64,000 nt of DNA. Source: Bacteroidota bacterium (GTDB lineage: Bacteria > Bacteroidota > Bacteroidia > Bacteroidales > NBLH01). The notes beneath the pieces are model-generated. The model searched no databases and was not told where the DNA came from. It saw only the letters and a list, made by a program, of their open reading frames with translations. The translations under genes and the position numbers were made by a program. The stretch spans positions 31,171 to 95,170 of the forward strand of contig JANYKN010000125.1 of assembly GCA_025361565.1 (NCBI GenBank). The letters run 5' to 3'. Position 1 is the stretch's first letter. Each line of letters opens with the position of its first letter. Shown here piece after piece: positions 1 through 9,640 of the stretch.

Positions 1-687
1 TAGCTTGATATTTTGATAGATCAAATGAAAAATAATCAATGCTAATATTGGCAGTGCTATAAAAACATTAAAAAGATCTGTAACAAGAGAGAGAATAAAC
101 AAAACACCAAAAAGCATTATCAAAATCAAATACCACGGTGAAAGGCCTTCGCGATAAAGAACAACAAGAAATGCAGCATAAACCAAAGCTGAACCGGTAT
201 CGTTTTGCAAAATAATTAATGAAACCGGAATAATAATCAGCAAGCCAACTTTGGCTAAATCATTAATTCTATTAATTTTATAATCATGAACACTCATAAG
301 CCTGGCAATTGCCAGAGCTGTAGCTAATTTCGTAAATTCAGCAGGTTGAAATCTTATACTTCCAAACTCAAACCATGACCTTGCTCCATTAACTTCTTTT
401 CCAAAGAGAAGTACCGCAATGAGTAGCAAAATAGTTCCCAAATAAATAGGATAAGCCAAAACTTCATAAACCCTGCCATCAATAATAAGCACGATAATAA
501 TTAATACAAAAGCGATTGCAATCCATAATAATTGTTTGCCATATCGCTGTGAACCATCAAAAATACTACTATATTGCTCGTTGTAGACAGCTGCATAGAT
601 ATTGATCAAGCCAAATATAACTAAAAACAAGTAGATAAGGATAGTTATCCAGTCGAGCCTCTTCAATATATTGGATGAACGTTCCAC
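1..687 (-). CDS. rodA: Rod-shape SEDS protein RodA (FtsW/RodA/SpoVE family); 3' end cut by window edge
   Basis: Not in the ORF track because it runs off the window. My minus-strand translation from GTG at 687 reads VERSSNILKRLDWITILIYLFLVIFGLINIYAAVY...GKEVNGARSWFEFGSIRFQPAEFTKLATALAIARLM...LQNDTGSALVY. It is a multi-TM SEDS-like sequence. The GTG directly abuts the mrdA stop (688-690), and the gene sits in the usual position after mreBCD-mrdA. Confidence 0.85.
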   Translation of the reverse strand, partial: MERSSNILKRLDWITILIYLFLVIFGLINIYAAVYNEQYSSIFDGSQRYGKQLLWIAIAFVLIIIVLIIDGRVYEVLAYPIYLGTILLLIAVLLFGKEVNGARSWFEFGSIRFQPAEFTKLATALAIARLMSVHDYKINRINDLAKVGLLIIIPVSLIILQNDTGSALVYAAFLVVLYREGLSPWYLILIMLFGVLFILSLVTDLFNVFIALPILALIIFHLIYQNIKL

Positions 688-2502
688 TTATTCGTATTTA
701 AGTTTTGTATTAAAAATCCGCTCTTCAAGATATGGCCTTGAAATAGAATCAGTAAGATATTTCTCTATCATTAAACTTGCTATTGGTGCAGCCACTGTTG
801 ATCCAAAACCGGCATTTTCAACAAAAACAGCAATTGCAATTTTAGGATTATCTCTGGGAGCAAAAGCTATAAAAATGGAATGATCTTCTCCATGTGGATT
901 CTCTGCGGTACCAGTTTTACCACAAATCGCAATTTGAGGTAAAAATGCCACAGTTGCAGTACCCGCTTTTACAACCATTTCCATCCCTTCAATTACTGGT
1001 TCAAAATATTCTTGGTTTATATTAAGTTTCTGTTTAATATAAAACCTTTTATCTATGCTATCCTTTTGGTTTATTGCTTTTACTATATGAGGAATGTAAT
1101 AATAACCTCTATTGGCAATTGCTGCGCTAACATTGGCCAATTGAAGCGGTGTAATTCCCAATTCTCCCTGTCCAATTGCCATTGAAACAAGCCTAAGTGG
1201 TCTCCATCTTGAGTTTCCGAATATTTTATCCCATCGGTCTTTTGTATATAAAATACCTTTTAATTCATGCGATAAATCAGTGTTCAATTTTCTTCCAATT
1301 CCAAAATCCATTAGATGTTTTCTCCAATTAGCATAAGCCAATCCAATAGAATCATATTTACTATCGTTTAAGATTCGCATAAAAACTTGAGAGAAATATG
1401 CATTGCATGAACCCGAAATTGCTCTTGTAAAATCAACAGCCCCGCCATGACCATGACATGCTTGAAAAAAACTTCCAACTCTAAAACCTCCATTACAAGG
1501 TAAAACAGTTTGAGGAGTTATGACTCCCTCTTGCAAAGCTATAAGTGCATCCACAAGTTTAAATGTTGATCCAGGTGGGTACATTGCACCAATTGCCCGG
1601 TCAAATAAAGGTTTGTTTTTATCCAATTGCAAAATTCTATAATTCTTTGCCCGCTGCTGACCTACCAATAAATTAGGATCATAGGTTGGGCTCGTAACCA
1701 ATGCCAATATTTCACCAGTTGAGGGTTCAATTGCAACTACGCTCCCTTTAAAATTTTTCATTAATGATTCCCCATATTCTTGCAATTTCAAGTCGATTGA
1801 AGTTGTTAAATTTGAACCAACGATTGCAACAGAATCAAATTTGCCTTCTTTGAAACTTCCTTTAATCCGATTATGGACATCGACCATGAAAATTTTGACC
1901 CCTTTTTTACCTCGCAAAACTTCCTCGTATGATTTTTCAATACCACTTATACCAATATAATCACCAATCCTATAGTATGGATTTTCTTTTATAGCTTTAT
2001 CATCAACCTCTCCAATATAGCCTAAAAGGCTAGCAGCTAAAGGCTTGTCATAAGTCCGAATTGTTCTTGCCTGAGTAAAAAATCCTTGAAACTTATAGAG
2101 ACTTTCCTGTAAAAGTGAATACCTCTTAAAATCAAGCAATTGAATAATAATACTAGGCTTGTATGTTGAAAATTTTTTGGCTTCTTTGAGTTTGTTAATA
2201 AGCTCCAGCTTGTCTATATCGACTATTTTGCAAAATAGCAAAGTGTCAAAGGCTTTCATTTCATTAGGAACAATTACGACATCAAAAACAGATTGGTTAT
2301 ATACCATCAGTTTGCCATGTCTGTCGAAAATTAAACCTCTCGAAGGGTATTGAACTATATGCCTGAATACATTATTTTCAGCAGAAAGTTTATAACTTGA
2401 ATCAATTATTTGCAAAAAAAATAATCGGAGTATATAAATAAAAATAACAAGGATAAAAAATCCAGAAATAAATAATCTCCTATTCGAATATATATTCTCC
2501 AC
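688..2502 (-). CDS. mrdA: Penicillin-binding protein 2 (elongasome transpeptidase)
   Basis: 604-aa ORF with an N-terminal TM anchor. It carries the transpeptidase motifs SxxK (PPGSTFKLV), SxN (SGSCNAYF) and KTG (CGKTGTAE). It lies between mreD and rodA. Confidence 0.93.
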   Translation of the reverse strand: MENIYSNRRLFISGFFILVIFIYILRLFFLQIIDSSYKLSAENNVFRHIVQYPSRGLIFDRHGKLMVYNQSVFDVVIVPNEMKAFDTLLFCKIVDIDKLELINKLKEAKKFSTYKPSIIIQLLDFKRYSLLQESLYKFQGFFTQARTIRTYDKPLAASLLGYIGEVDDKAIKENPYYRIGDYIGISGIEKSYEEVLRGKKGVKIFMVDVHNRIKGSFKEGKFDSVAIVGSNLTTSIDLKLQEYGESLMKNFKGSVVAIEPSTGEILALVTSPTYDPNLLVGQQRAKNYRILQLDKNKPLFDRAIGAMYPPGSTFKLVDALIALQEGVITPQTVLPCNGGFRVGSFFQACHGHGGAVDFTRAISGSCNAYFSQVFMRILNDSKYDSIGLAYANWRKHLMDFGIGRKLNTDLSHELKGILYTKDRWDKIFGNSRWRPLRLVSMAIGQGELGITPLQLANVSAAIANRGYYYIPHIVKAINQKDSIDKRFYIKQKLNINQEYFEPVIEGMEMVVKAGTATVAFLPQIAICGKTGTAENPHGEDHSIFIAFAPRDNPKIAIAVFVENAGFGSTVAAPIASLMIEKYLTDSISRPYLEERIFNTKLKYE

Positions 2503-2520
2503 TCAAAATTGAATAACTTA

Positions 2521-3033
2521 CTATTTACGGAATACTAAAAACTGACTAACAACAATCAGTAAAAGTGAAAAGAAAGTGCCTATAATAACTTTTAAAATAA
2601 TCCTGAAAAAATGATCAAAACTAAAATCTTCTAAAAGATAATACGCCATTTGATGGCTAAAAACCAATATACTGGAATATCTAAGAAACCATGCTAAGCC
2701 CATATAGTGAACCCTTGGTTGTGTGCCGGCATCATAGCCACCCCTGGGAGAAATTGAACGCAAAACAATTGGTCTTAAAAATGCTAAAAGCACGCATGAT
2801 GCAGAGTTTAAGCCCATTGTGTCCGTAAAAATATCTATAATTAGGCCTATTAAAAACGCTACAATTAATATTAACCAATCAGGAATTTCAAAAGGAAAAA
2901 GGAGAATGCTCAATAAAAAAAATGCGGGAATAATCTTCCAACTAGTAATGCCAATATTATTAAATATCAATATCTGCAAAACAATCAGTACAAAAAAAAC
3001 TGCAATATTCTTAAGCAATATATCAATATTCAT
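2521..3033 (-). CDS. mreD: Rod shape-determining protein MreD
   Basis: 170-aa polytopic hydrophobic ORF. Its start overlaps the mreC stop by 11 nt, and it occupies the conserved position between mreC and mrdA. Confidence 0.8.
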   Translation of the reverse strand: MNIDILLKNIAVFFVLIVLQILIFNNIGITSWKIIPAFFLLSILLFPFEIPDWLILIVAFLIGLIIDIFTDTMGLNSASCVLLAFLRPIVLRSISPRGGYDAGTQPRVHYMGLAWFLRYSSILVFSHQMAYYLLEDFSFDHFFRIILKVIIGTFFSLLLIVVSQFLVFRK

Positions 3034-3856
3034 CTTCCGCTATATTTTCTAGAAGAATTTGTTCTCTCCTGTTTTTATTGTTAATCACATAAACGTCATA
3101 CAGACTTTTAAAATCGCTTGATAGTTCAATTTCAAGATTGAAAAAATTATCACTTTTGTTTTTCCTAATTTTTGAAATTACTCCAATATCAATGTTTTCT
3201 GGAAAAATGGCTGAATAATTATTCGTAACTACTGTATCTCCAACTGAAATATCTAAATGATTTGGTATTTCAGATAAATTAGCAAATCTATAATTATCGC
3301 CATCCCATTGAATAGTACCAAAATAATTATTCTTTTTAATTTTGGCACTAATACCTAATCTGCTGTTTAGCAGCGATATAACTAAAGAATAATGTTTTGA
3401 AGTTGCTACTACAATACCAACCAGACCTTTTGAACTAATTACACCAAAATCCTTTTCAACTCCATCTTTCCATCCCTTATCAATGGTAATAAAATTCTTT
3501 TCCTTTGAAACAGAGTTTTTAATTACTCTAGCTTTCAAGTACTCATATTGATATGGAGATGAAGTATCTACTTCAAATTTTTGAAGACTATATTGATTTG
3601 CCTTTAACTTTTCTATCTGATTTTTAAGATGTATATTTTCGTATCTTAATTGTTCATTCTCATTATCCAGCAAAAAATAAGAATCCCAATTGTTAATCTT
3701 ATTATTGAAATAACCAGTAAACGCATTGGCAGAACTAAAGAAAACATTTTTTTTCTCTACGTCAGCAAAAATAACCATAGACATAGAGATTATCTCAAGT
3801 ACTATGAAGATTATAAAAAAGTGAAATCTTAAAATTACATTGATTAATGTCTTCAT
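3023..3856 (-). CDS. mreC: Rod shape-determining protein MreC
   Basis: 277-aa ORF with an N-terminal TM helix, a coiled-coil segment (LRYENIHLKNQIEKLKANQ) and a beta-rich C-terminal part (GLVGIV...VISLLN). It lies directly downstream of mreB. Confidence 0.88.
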   Translation of the reverse strand: MKTLINVILRFHFFIIFIVLEIISMSMVIFADVEKKNVFFSSANAFTGYFNNKINNWDSYFLLDNENEQLRYENIHLKNQIEKLKANQYSLQKFEVDTSSPYQYEYLKARVIKNSVSKEKNFITIDKGWKDGVEKDFGVISSKGLVGIVVATSKHYSLVISLLNSRLGISAKIKKNNYFGTIQWDGDNYRFANLSEIPNHLDISVGDTVVTNNYSAIFPENIDIGVISKIRKNKSDNFFNLEIELSSDFKSLYDVYVINNKNRREQILLENIAEDEY

Positions 3857-3893
3857 CTAATTCTGGTTCAATCGGATAATAAGTGAATACTTA

Positions 3894-3940
3894 AATGCTT
3901 GAATGAATAATTAATTGACTCATCTTAGCATTCAAGCATT
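3894..3940 (-). promoter_or_regulatory. Intercistronic stem-loop between mreB and mreC (perfect 12-bp stem, 23-nt loop)
   Basis: AATGCTTGAATG (3894-3905) pairs with CATTCAAGCATT (3929-3940). On the transcript it begins 3 nt after the mreB stop and ends 37 nt before the mreC start. No U-tract follows, so it is not a classical terminator. Confidence 0.4.
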
Positions 3941-3942
3941 GA

Positions 3943-4965
3943 CTATTTCATCAGGAAATGGAATTTATCAACATTTTTAAGAGCAATACCGGTTCCTCTG
4001 GCAACAGCATGCAGTGGATCCTCCGCAATATGAACAGTGATATTTGTTTTCTCCATAATGCGAATATTAAGTCCTCTTAGCAATGCGCCACCGCCTGCAA
4101 GGTAAATACCTTTACGATAAATATCTGCATAAAGTTCAGGTGGAGTCTCTTCTAGTACGGCAAGAATTGCAGTTTCAATTTTTGCAAGCGATTTATCAAG
4201 ACAATGAGCTATTTCCTGATAAGAAACTGGTATTTCTACAGGAAGAGCAGTCATTTGATGAGGGCCACGTACAATAAAATCTGAAGGTGGATCTTCTAAA
4301 TCAGGAAGTGCAGAGCCCGCATTTATTTTAATGGCTTCAGCTGTTCTTTCACCTACTTTCACGTTGTGCTGATGCCTCATATATTCCTGAATCTCATGGG
4401 TAAAATCGTCTCCTGCTGTACGGATTGATTTATTTGCCACAATGCCTCCTAATGAAATCACTGCAATTTCAGTAGTACCTCCTCCAATATCAATAACCAT
4501 ATTGCCTTCGGGAGCTTGAACATCTAGGCCAATTCCCAGAGCAGCTGCCATAGGCTCATGAATCAAATATACATCTCTTGCCCCTGCATGTTCTGCTGAG
4601 TCCCTAACTGCCCGAATCTCAACCTCTGTACTGCCTGAAGGGATACAAATTACCATTTTAAGGGAAGTAGTAAACATATGATTCTTTGTACTTGCCATTT
4701 TAATCATCTCCCTAATCATCATCTCTGCAGCATTAAAATCAGCAATTACGCCATCTCGCAAAGGTCGAATAGTTTTAATTTGCTCATGGGTTTTGCCCTG
4801 CATTTGCCGGGCTTTTTGTCCAATAGCAATTAATTTACCAGAATTGTTATCAATAGCCACAATAGATGGCTCATCTACTACAATTTTATCATTCTGAATT
4901 ATAATGGTATTGGCAGTACCTAAATCGATTGCAATTTCTTGCGAAAAAAATGAAAATATTCCCAT
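3943..4965 (-). CDS. mreB: Actin-like rod shape-determining protein MreB
   Basis: 340-aa ORF with actin/Hsp70-fold motifs DLGTANT, DIGGGTTE and LAGGGALLRGL. Confidence 0.96.
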   Translation of the reverse strand: MGIFSFFSQEIAIDLGTANTIIIQNDKIVVDEPSIVAIDNNSGKLIAIGQKARQMQGKTHEQIKTIRPLRDGVIADFNAAEMMIREMIKMASTKNHMFTTSLKMVICIPSGSTEVEIRAVRDSAEHAGARDVYLIHEPMAAALGIGLDVQAPEGNMVIDIGGGTTEIAVISLGGIVANKSIRTAGDDFTHEIQEYMRHQHNVKVGERTAEAIKINAGSALPDLEDPPSDFIVRGPHQMTALPVEIPVSYQEIAHCLDKSLAKIETAILAVLEETPPELYADIYRKGIYLAGGGALLRGLNIRIMEKTNITVHIAEDPLHAVARGTGIALKNVDKFHFLMK

Positions 4966-4983
4966 GCTTTTAAATATTCTTTT

Positions 4984-6513
4984 CTAATGTTTAAAATGTC
5001 TAACCCCTGTAAAGACCATTGCAATATCATTTTGGTTGCAATATTCAATGGTGTCTTTATCCCTAATCGATCCTCCTGGTTGTATAACTAGATCAATTCC
5101 TTCTTTATGTGCAATTTCAACAGAATCGGAAAAAGGGAAAAATGCATCCGAAGCCAATATTGCATGATTTAAGTCGAATCCAAAACTTTTGGCTTTTTCA
5201 ATAGCTTGCTTAATTGAGTCAATTCTTGAGGTTTGCCCAATTCCACTTGCAAGTAATTGTTTGTTTTTTGCTAAAACTATTGCATTTGATTTTGAATGTT
5301 TCACCAATATATTTGCAAATATCATATCATCATACTGACTATCAACGGGCAGTTTATTTGTAACAGGCTTCATGTCAGCTCGTGTTTCTAACTTTAAATC
5401 CTTATCCTGGACTAATAATCCATTTAATAAAGATCTATACTGAATTTTTGGTAACTCAATCTGTTTTTGAACGAGTATAATCCTGTTTTTCTTAGTTTTC
5501 AGAAGTTCAAGAGAATCAATTGTATAAGAAGGGGCTAAAATTACTTCAAAAAACAGATTGTTAATTTCCTTTGCTGTGTTAATGTCAACTTCACTATTGC
5601 AAACCAAAATACCTCCAAAAGCAGAAACAGGATCTCCTGCCAAAGCATCTTTCCATGCATCAATCAATTTGGGCCTACTAGCAACTCCACATGCATTATT
5701 GTGTTTTATTATAGCAAATGTAGTTTCATTAAATTCAATAATAAGATTGATAGCAGCTTCTATATCTAATAAGTTATTGTATGATATTTCTTTTCCATGC
5801 AATTGATCGAATAATTTACTATAATCACCATAAAAGTAACCTGCCTGATGTGGGTTTTCACCATACCTTAAAACACTTCGTGGACCCTCACTTTTATTGA
5901 AATATTTAGCGTCTTTACCTGCAAAAAAACCATAAATCAAAGAATCATAAGAAGATGATATTTGAAATGCCTCGCCTGCAAACTGCTTCCTTTGTTCAAG
6001 GTTTGTTTCACCTTTTTGCAATTTTAATATTTCAGACAAAAATGGATATTGATTTTTTGAAGAAATAATAACAACATCATTAAAATTTTTAGCTGCTGCC
6101 CTTATCAAGGATATACCTCCAATATCAATTTTTTCAATAATCTCCGGATCTGTTGCTCCTGAGTTCAGCGTTTCTTCAAATGGATATAAATCTACAATAA
6201 CCAAATCAATTTCAGGAATATCATATTCATTTAGCTGTTCAATATCTTTTTTGTCGTTGCGTCGGGCTAATATTCCTCCAAAAACTTTAGGATGTAGGGT
6301 TTTAACCCTTCCTCCAAGTATGGAAGGATATGTTGTTAAACTTTCAACACTTTGCACTTGAATTCCTAGTTCTTCGATAAATGATTTAGTACCCCCGGTT
6401 GAATAAATGCTTATTCCCAAATTATTAAGTTCCTGCACAATTTCATCCAACCTATCTTTATAATAAACTGAAATTAGGGCCGATTTAATTTTTTTCAAAC
6501 CATTCATTTCCAA
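4984..6513 (-). CDS. purH: Bifunctional AICAR formyltransferase / IMP cyclohydrolase
   Basis: 509-aa ORF with an MGS-like N-domain (ALISVYYKD...GGTKSFIEE, KTLHPKVFGGIL) and an AICARFT C-domain (GGSIRD, FTGVRHFKH at the C-terminus). The start could be ATG 6513 or 6507. Confidence 0.95.
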   Translation of the reverse strand: MEMNGLKKIKSALISVYYKDRLDEIVQELNNLGISIYSTGGTKSFIEELGIQVQSVESLTTYPSILGGRVKTLHPKVFGGILARRNDKKDIEQLNEYDIPEIDLVIVDLYPFEETLNSGATDPEIIEKIDIGGISLIRAAAKNFNDVVIISSKNQYPFLSEILKLQKGETNLEQRKQFAGEAFQISSSYDSLIYGFFAGKDAKYFNKSEGPRSVLRYGENPHQAGYFYGDYSKLFDQLHGKEISYNNLLDIEAAINLIIEFNETTFAIIKHNNACGVASRPKLIDAWKDALAGDPVSAFGGILVCNSEVDINTAKEINNLFFEVILAPSYTIDSLELLKTKKNRIILVQKQIELPKIQYRSLLNGLLVQDKDLKLETRADMKPVTNKLPVDSQYDDMIFANILVKHSKSNAIVLAKNKQLLASGIGQTSRIDSIKQAIEKAKSFGFDLNHAILASDAFFPFSDSVEIAHKEGIDLVIQPGGSIRDKDTIEYCNQNDIAMVFTGVRHFKH

Positions 6514-6769
6514 TATGTTTTATTTAAAGCACAAAATTATCAAAATTCATTACATAATTCAATTTTAATTTACATTAATCATAATTATTTACACACATAC
6601 TTATTAACAATAAGTTGAATAAGCCCTTTTATATGTGGGTTTGCTAAAGGGAATAGGAAATCTGCTGAAAGGATGTTAATTAATTTAAAATGTAGACATT
6701 CAAATTTGACAAAATCATAGAAAACCTGAATTCTTATTGTAAAAATGAGGATTATTGAATAAGGCTTTT

Positions 6770-6777
6770 TATCTTTG
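6770..6777 (+). promoter_or_regulatory. Candidate Bacteroidota -7 promoter box (TATCTTTG, matches TAnnTTTG)
   Basis: Motif read directly in the sequence, 17 nt upstream of the ATG at 6794. No well-spaced -33 TTTG was seen. The motif is expected often by chance in AT-rich DNA. Confidence 0.3.
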
Positions 6778-6793
6778 TTATAAATTTTAACAA

Positions 6794-8038
6794 ATGATTT
6801 TTCTATATATTTTAAAAGAAAGCTTATTATTCGCAGTCAATTCATTGATTTTAAATAAGCTAAGAACGTTATTGTCATTACTTGGTATTACAATTGGTAT
6901 TTTTGCCATTATTACTGTTTTTACTGTTATTGATTCCTTGGAAAATAATATTCGAAACAGTATAGCTACCCTTGGAGACAATGTTGTTTACGTTCAAAAA
7001 TGGCCATGGTCAATGGGGAGTGAATACCCTTGGTGGAAATACATGAACAGACCTGTCCCAAAGTTAAATGAGAGCGAAGAAATTATGCGAAGGTCAAAGC
7101 TATCTAAGGCTGCTACTTTTATGATATTTACTCAAAAAACAATTCAATATAAAGAAAACTATGCCAATGACATACAAATAGTAGGAGCTGAACATAGTTA
7201 TGAAGATATCCGCACTTTTGAATTAACGAAAGGTCGCTATTTTTCTTTATTTGAGTCGATTAGTGGGAAAAATAAAGCAATTATAGGAAGTGAAATTGCT
7301 AAAAAATTATTCAAGGACGAAGATCCTTTGGGGAAAACTATTAAAATAGAGGGTCGGAAAATAAATGTTATAGGAATCTTCAAAAAAGAAGGATCTGATC
7401 TATTTGGAATGAACATGGATGATCAGGTTTTAATTCCAATCAATTATGCCAAAACTTTAGTCGATATTAGAAACGAAAGATTGGGTCCCTTGATCATGAT
7501 TAAAGCACAAAACGGAATTACTTCTGATGAATTGATTGATGAGTTAACAGGCGTAATGCGTTCAATGCGAAGACTTAAACCAACTGAAGATAACAATTTT
7601 GCGCTAAATCAGACAAGTCTAATATCACAGGGATTTGACAAGCTTTTTGTGATTTTGGACATAGCAGGTTTAATTATTGGTGGTTTTTCAATATTAGTGG
7701 GAGGTTTTGGAATTGCAAATATTATGTTTGTTTCAGTCAAAGAACAAACTAAGCTTATTGGAATTCAAAAAGCGTTAGGGGCCAAAAGTTACTTTATACT
7801 TTTACAATTTTTATACGAATCTATCATTTTAGCTCTAATTGGAGGTATTATCGGATTAATATTGATTTTCATACTCACTTCAATTGTATCGGCAACTGCT
7901 GATATGGATATTTCGATGAGCGCATGGAATATTTCTATGGGTGTAATTATATCGGTCTCAATAGGTATTATTTCAGGAATTATTCCTGCCTATAATGCTG
8001 CAAAATTGAATCCTGTTGAGGCAATTGCATTTGCCTGA
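6794..8038 (+). CDS. ABC transporter permease, MacB/FtsX family
   Basis: 414-aa ORF with an N-terminal TM helix (LLSLLGITIGIFAIITVF), a large extracytoplasmic domain of about 240 aa and a C-terminal 3-TM FtsX domain (IQKALGAKSYFILLQFLYESI). No ATPase partner lies adjacent. Confidence 0.85.
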   Translation: MIFLYILKESLLFAVNSLILNKLRTLLSLLGITIGIFAIITVFTVIDSLENNIRNSIATLGDNVVYVQKWPWSMGSEYPWWKYMNRPVPKLNESEEIMRRSKLSKAATFMIFTQKTIQYKENYANDIQIVGAEHSYEDIRTFELTKGRYFSLFESISGKNKAIIGSEIAKKLFKDEDPLGKTIKIEGRKINVIGIFKKEGSDLFGMNMDDQVLIPINYAKTLVDIRNERLGPLIMIKAQNGITSDELIDELTGVMRSMRRLKPTEDNNFALNQTSLISQGFDKLFVILDIAGLIIGGFSILVGGFGIANIMFVSVKEQTKLIGIQKALGAKSYFILLQFLYESIILALIGGIIGLILIFILTSIVSATADMDISMSAWNISMGVIISVSIGIISGIIPAYNAAKLNPVEAIAFA

Positions 8039-8086
8039 TAATTGGTTTTCAATAATTTATGAGCTGCTCCAGCGCAAAACTAAACA

Positions 8087-8116
8087 TTATGGAATTACAA
8101 TCTTTTAATTCCATAA
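8087..8116. terminator. AT-rich hairpin between convergent genes (10-bp stem TTATGGAATT/AATTCCATAA, 10-nt loop)
   Basis: Read in the sequence. On the minus strand it lies 38 nt after the Nudix gene stop and is followed by TGTTTAGTTT. On the plus strand an A-run follows, so it fits a terminator for the minus-strand gene better. Confidence 0.3.
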
Positions 8117-8153
8117 TTAAAAAAAGATTTACTATAGAGCAGACATAATATTT

Positions 8154-8693
8154 CTACCACTCGCCATTCTCAATAAATCTTCTGAAAATCAAATAAGCCT
8201 TGGCTGAAAATTTTTTGCTTCTGTCTTCCATCAGTTTCTGAATCTGAATTGAATCCATTAAAAAGCACTGAATATCTTCACTTGATTCATTTCCAATATT
8301 ATCAATAGTTCCTTTTGCCGTGCAAAAAACAATTGATACAACTTCATTAGTCATACCAGCAGAATTATATAAATATGGGCTAACGTCTTTAACAGAAATA
8401 AGCTCAAGATTGGTTTCTTCTTTAAGTTCCCTTTTTGCAGTTTCTTCAGGTAATTCATCATTGTCGACCAATCCTGCAGGTAAACTCCATTCATAATCAC
8501 CTATAGCAACACGAAACTCTTTGGTAACAGCAAGTTTTCCTTCAACAAGTGCAGCAACAAGAACGGTTTTACCTCCGTTATACCTTTCAGCCGAATACCA
8601 AATATCTTCTTTGTTGTTTTTATTTAAAAAAGTGGTGCCTACAAAATTTAAATAATTCGTTTTGTACAGGGTTTCTTTTTTTACAATCTTCAT
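8154..8693 (-). CDS. Nudix hydrolase (ADP-ribose pyrophosphatase-like)
   Basis: 179-aa ORF with the Nudix box GLVDNDELPEETAKRELKEETNLE (GX5EX7REUXEEXGU). Confidence 0.85.
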   Translation of the reverse strand: MKIVKKETLYKTNYLNFVGTTFLNKNNKEDIWYSAERYNGGKTVLVAALVEGKLAVTKEFRVAIGDYEWSLPAGLVDNDELPEETAKRELKEETNLELISVKDVSPYLYNSAGMTNEVVSIVFCTAKGTIDNIGNESSEDIQCFLMDSIQIQKLMEDRSKKFSAKAYLIFRRFIENGEW

Positions 8694-8734
8694 ATTTATA
8701 AATTGAAATAATAATCAATAGTCAATAAATTCGC

Positions 8735-9508
8735 TTATTTAAAAAATTCTTCCAACTGATTGGTTAATTTAACAAAATCATCAACACCTAGTTGTTCTGG
8801 TCTCATTGTCAAAAATTCAGAATCAAAACCATCAATGTTTCCAAAAGATCTCAAGCTATTTCTAATCATCTTTCTCCGCTGATTAAAAGTAAGTTTTACT
8901 ATTTGAGTAAATTGCTTTTCATTACAATCAAGCTTCTTCACCGAATTTCGAACAAGCCGGATAACTGCAGAATTCACTTTAGGAGGAGGGCTGAATGATT
9001 CCGGACCGAGTGTAATCAAGTTTTCTGTATGATAATAAGCTTGAACAAAAACACTTACTATTCCATATACTCTGCTCCCTGGTTTTGAAGTCACTCTGTC
9101 GGCTACTTCTTTTTGAAACATCCCAACCAACTCCAACACTTTATCTCTATAATCGAGCATTTTAAACAAAATTTGACTCGAAATATTATATGGAAAATTA
9201 CCAATTAGCGCAATAGTTCCTTTAAATTCCTCAGAAATATCCACTTTAAGAAAATCCTTAAAAATGATTCGCTCACGAATTTCCGGAAACTTATTACATA
9301 AATATTCAACTGATTCACTGTCAATTTCTACAAATGAACAATTATAATCTTTTTGCAATAAAAATTCAGTTAAAACACCCATGCCTGGCCCAAGCTCAAC
9401 TACATGATCAATATCTGTGACCTTTAAAAAATCAACAATTTTTGAAGCAATAACCCGATCCGTCAAAAAATGCTGTCCAAAGTGCTTTTTAGCTTTTACA
9501 TTTTTCAT
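8735..9508 (-). CDS. rsmA: 16S rRNA (adenine1518/1519-N6)-dimethyltransferase
   Basis: 257-aa ORF with FGQHFL near the N-terminus, the SAM-binding motif VELGPGMGVLT and IGNFPYNISS. Confidence 0.93.
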   Translation of the reverse strand: MKNVKAKKHFGQHFLTDRVIASKIVDFLKVTDIDHVVELGPGMGVLTEFLLQKDYNCSFVEIDSESVEYLCNKFPEIRERIIFKDFLKVDISEEFKGTIALIGNFPYNISSQILFKMLDYRDKVLELVGMFQKEVADRVTSKPGSRVYGIVSVFVQAYYHTENLITLGPESFSPPPKVNSAVIRLVRNSVKKLDCNEKQFTQIVKLTFNQRRKMIRNSLRSFGNIDGFDSEFLTMRPEQLGVDDFVKLTNQLEEFFK

Positions 9509-9640
9509 TTAAACAGTTTAACTATTATATTTGTGTTCAAATTTAAGCCGAAAAATTGACAAATTCATCCATTTGCAAAAATTTGAATGTGAATAAGGTT
9601 TTCAGCAATTCATCAAAATGATAAATACTTATACAGCCAA

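Noticed and set aside
671-883. Short ORFs antisense to or nested in housekeeping genes. Examples are 671-883, 2159-2353, 2819-3052, 3650-3832, 4083-4277, 5558-5806, 8792-8998, 9784-10215, 10246-10500, 14348-14710, 17299-17532, 57724-58023 and 58126-58365.
   Set aside because: Each is fully contained in a longer ORF on the other strand that has strong family motifs. None has a recognisable motif.
6514-6793. A ZTP (pfl) or other purine riboswitch upstream of purH.
   Set aside because: I read the minus-strand leader. It is extremely AT-rich and lacks the GC-rich pseudoknot elements (such as a CCGCCTGGGC-like 3' element) of ZTP riboswitches. Only a weak 6-bp CCCTTT/AAAGGG pairing is present.
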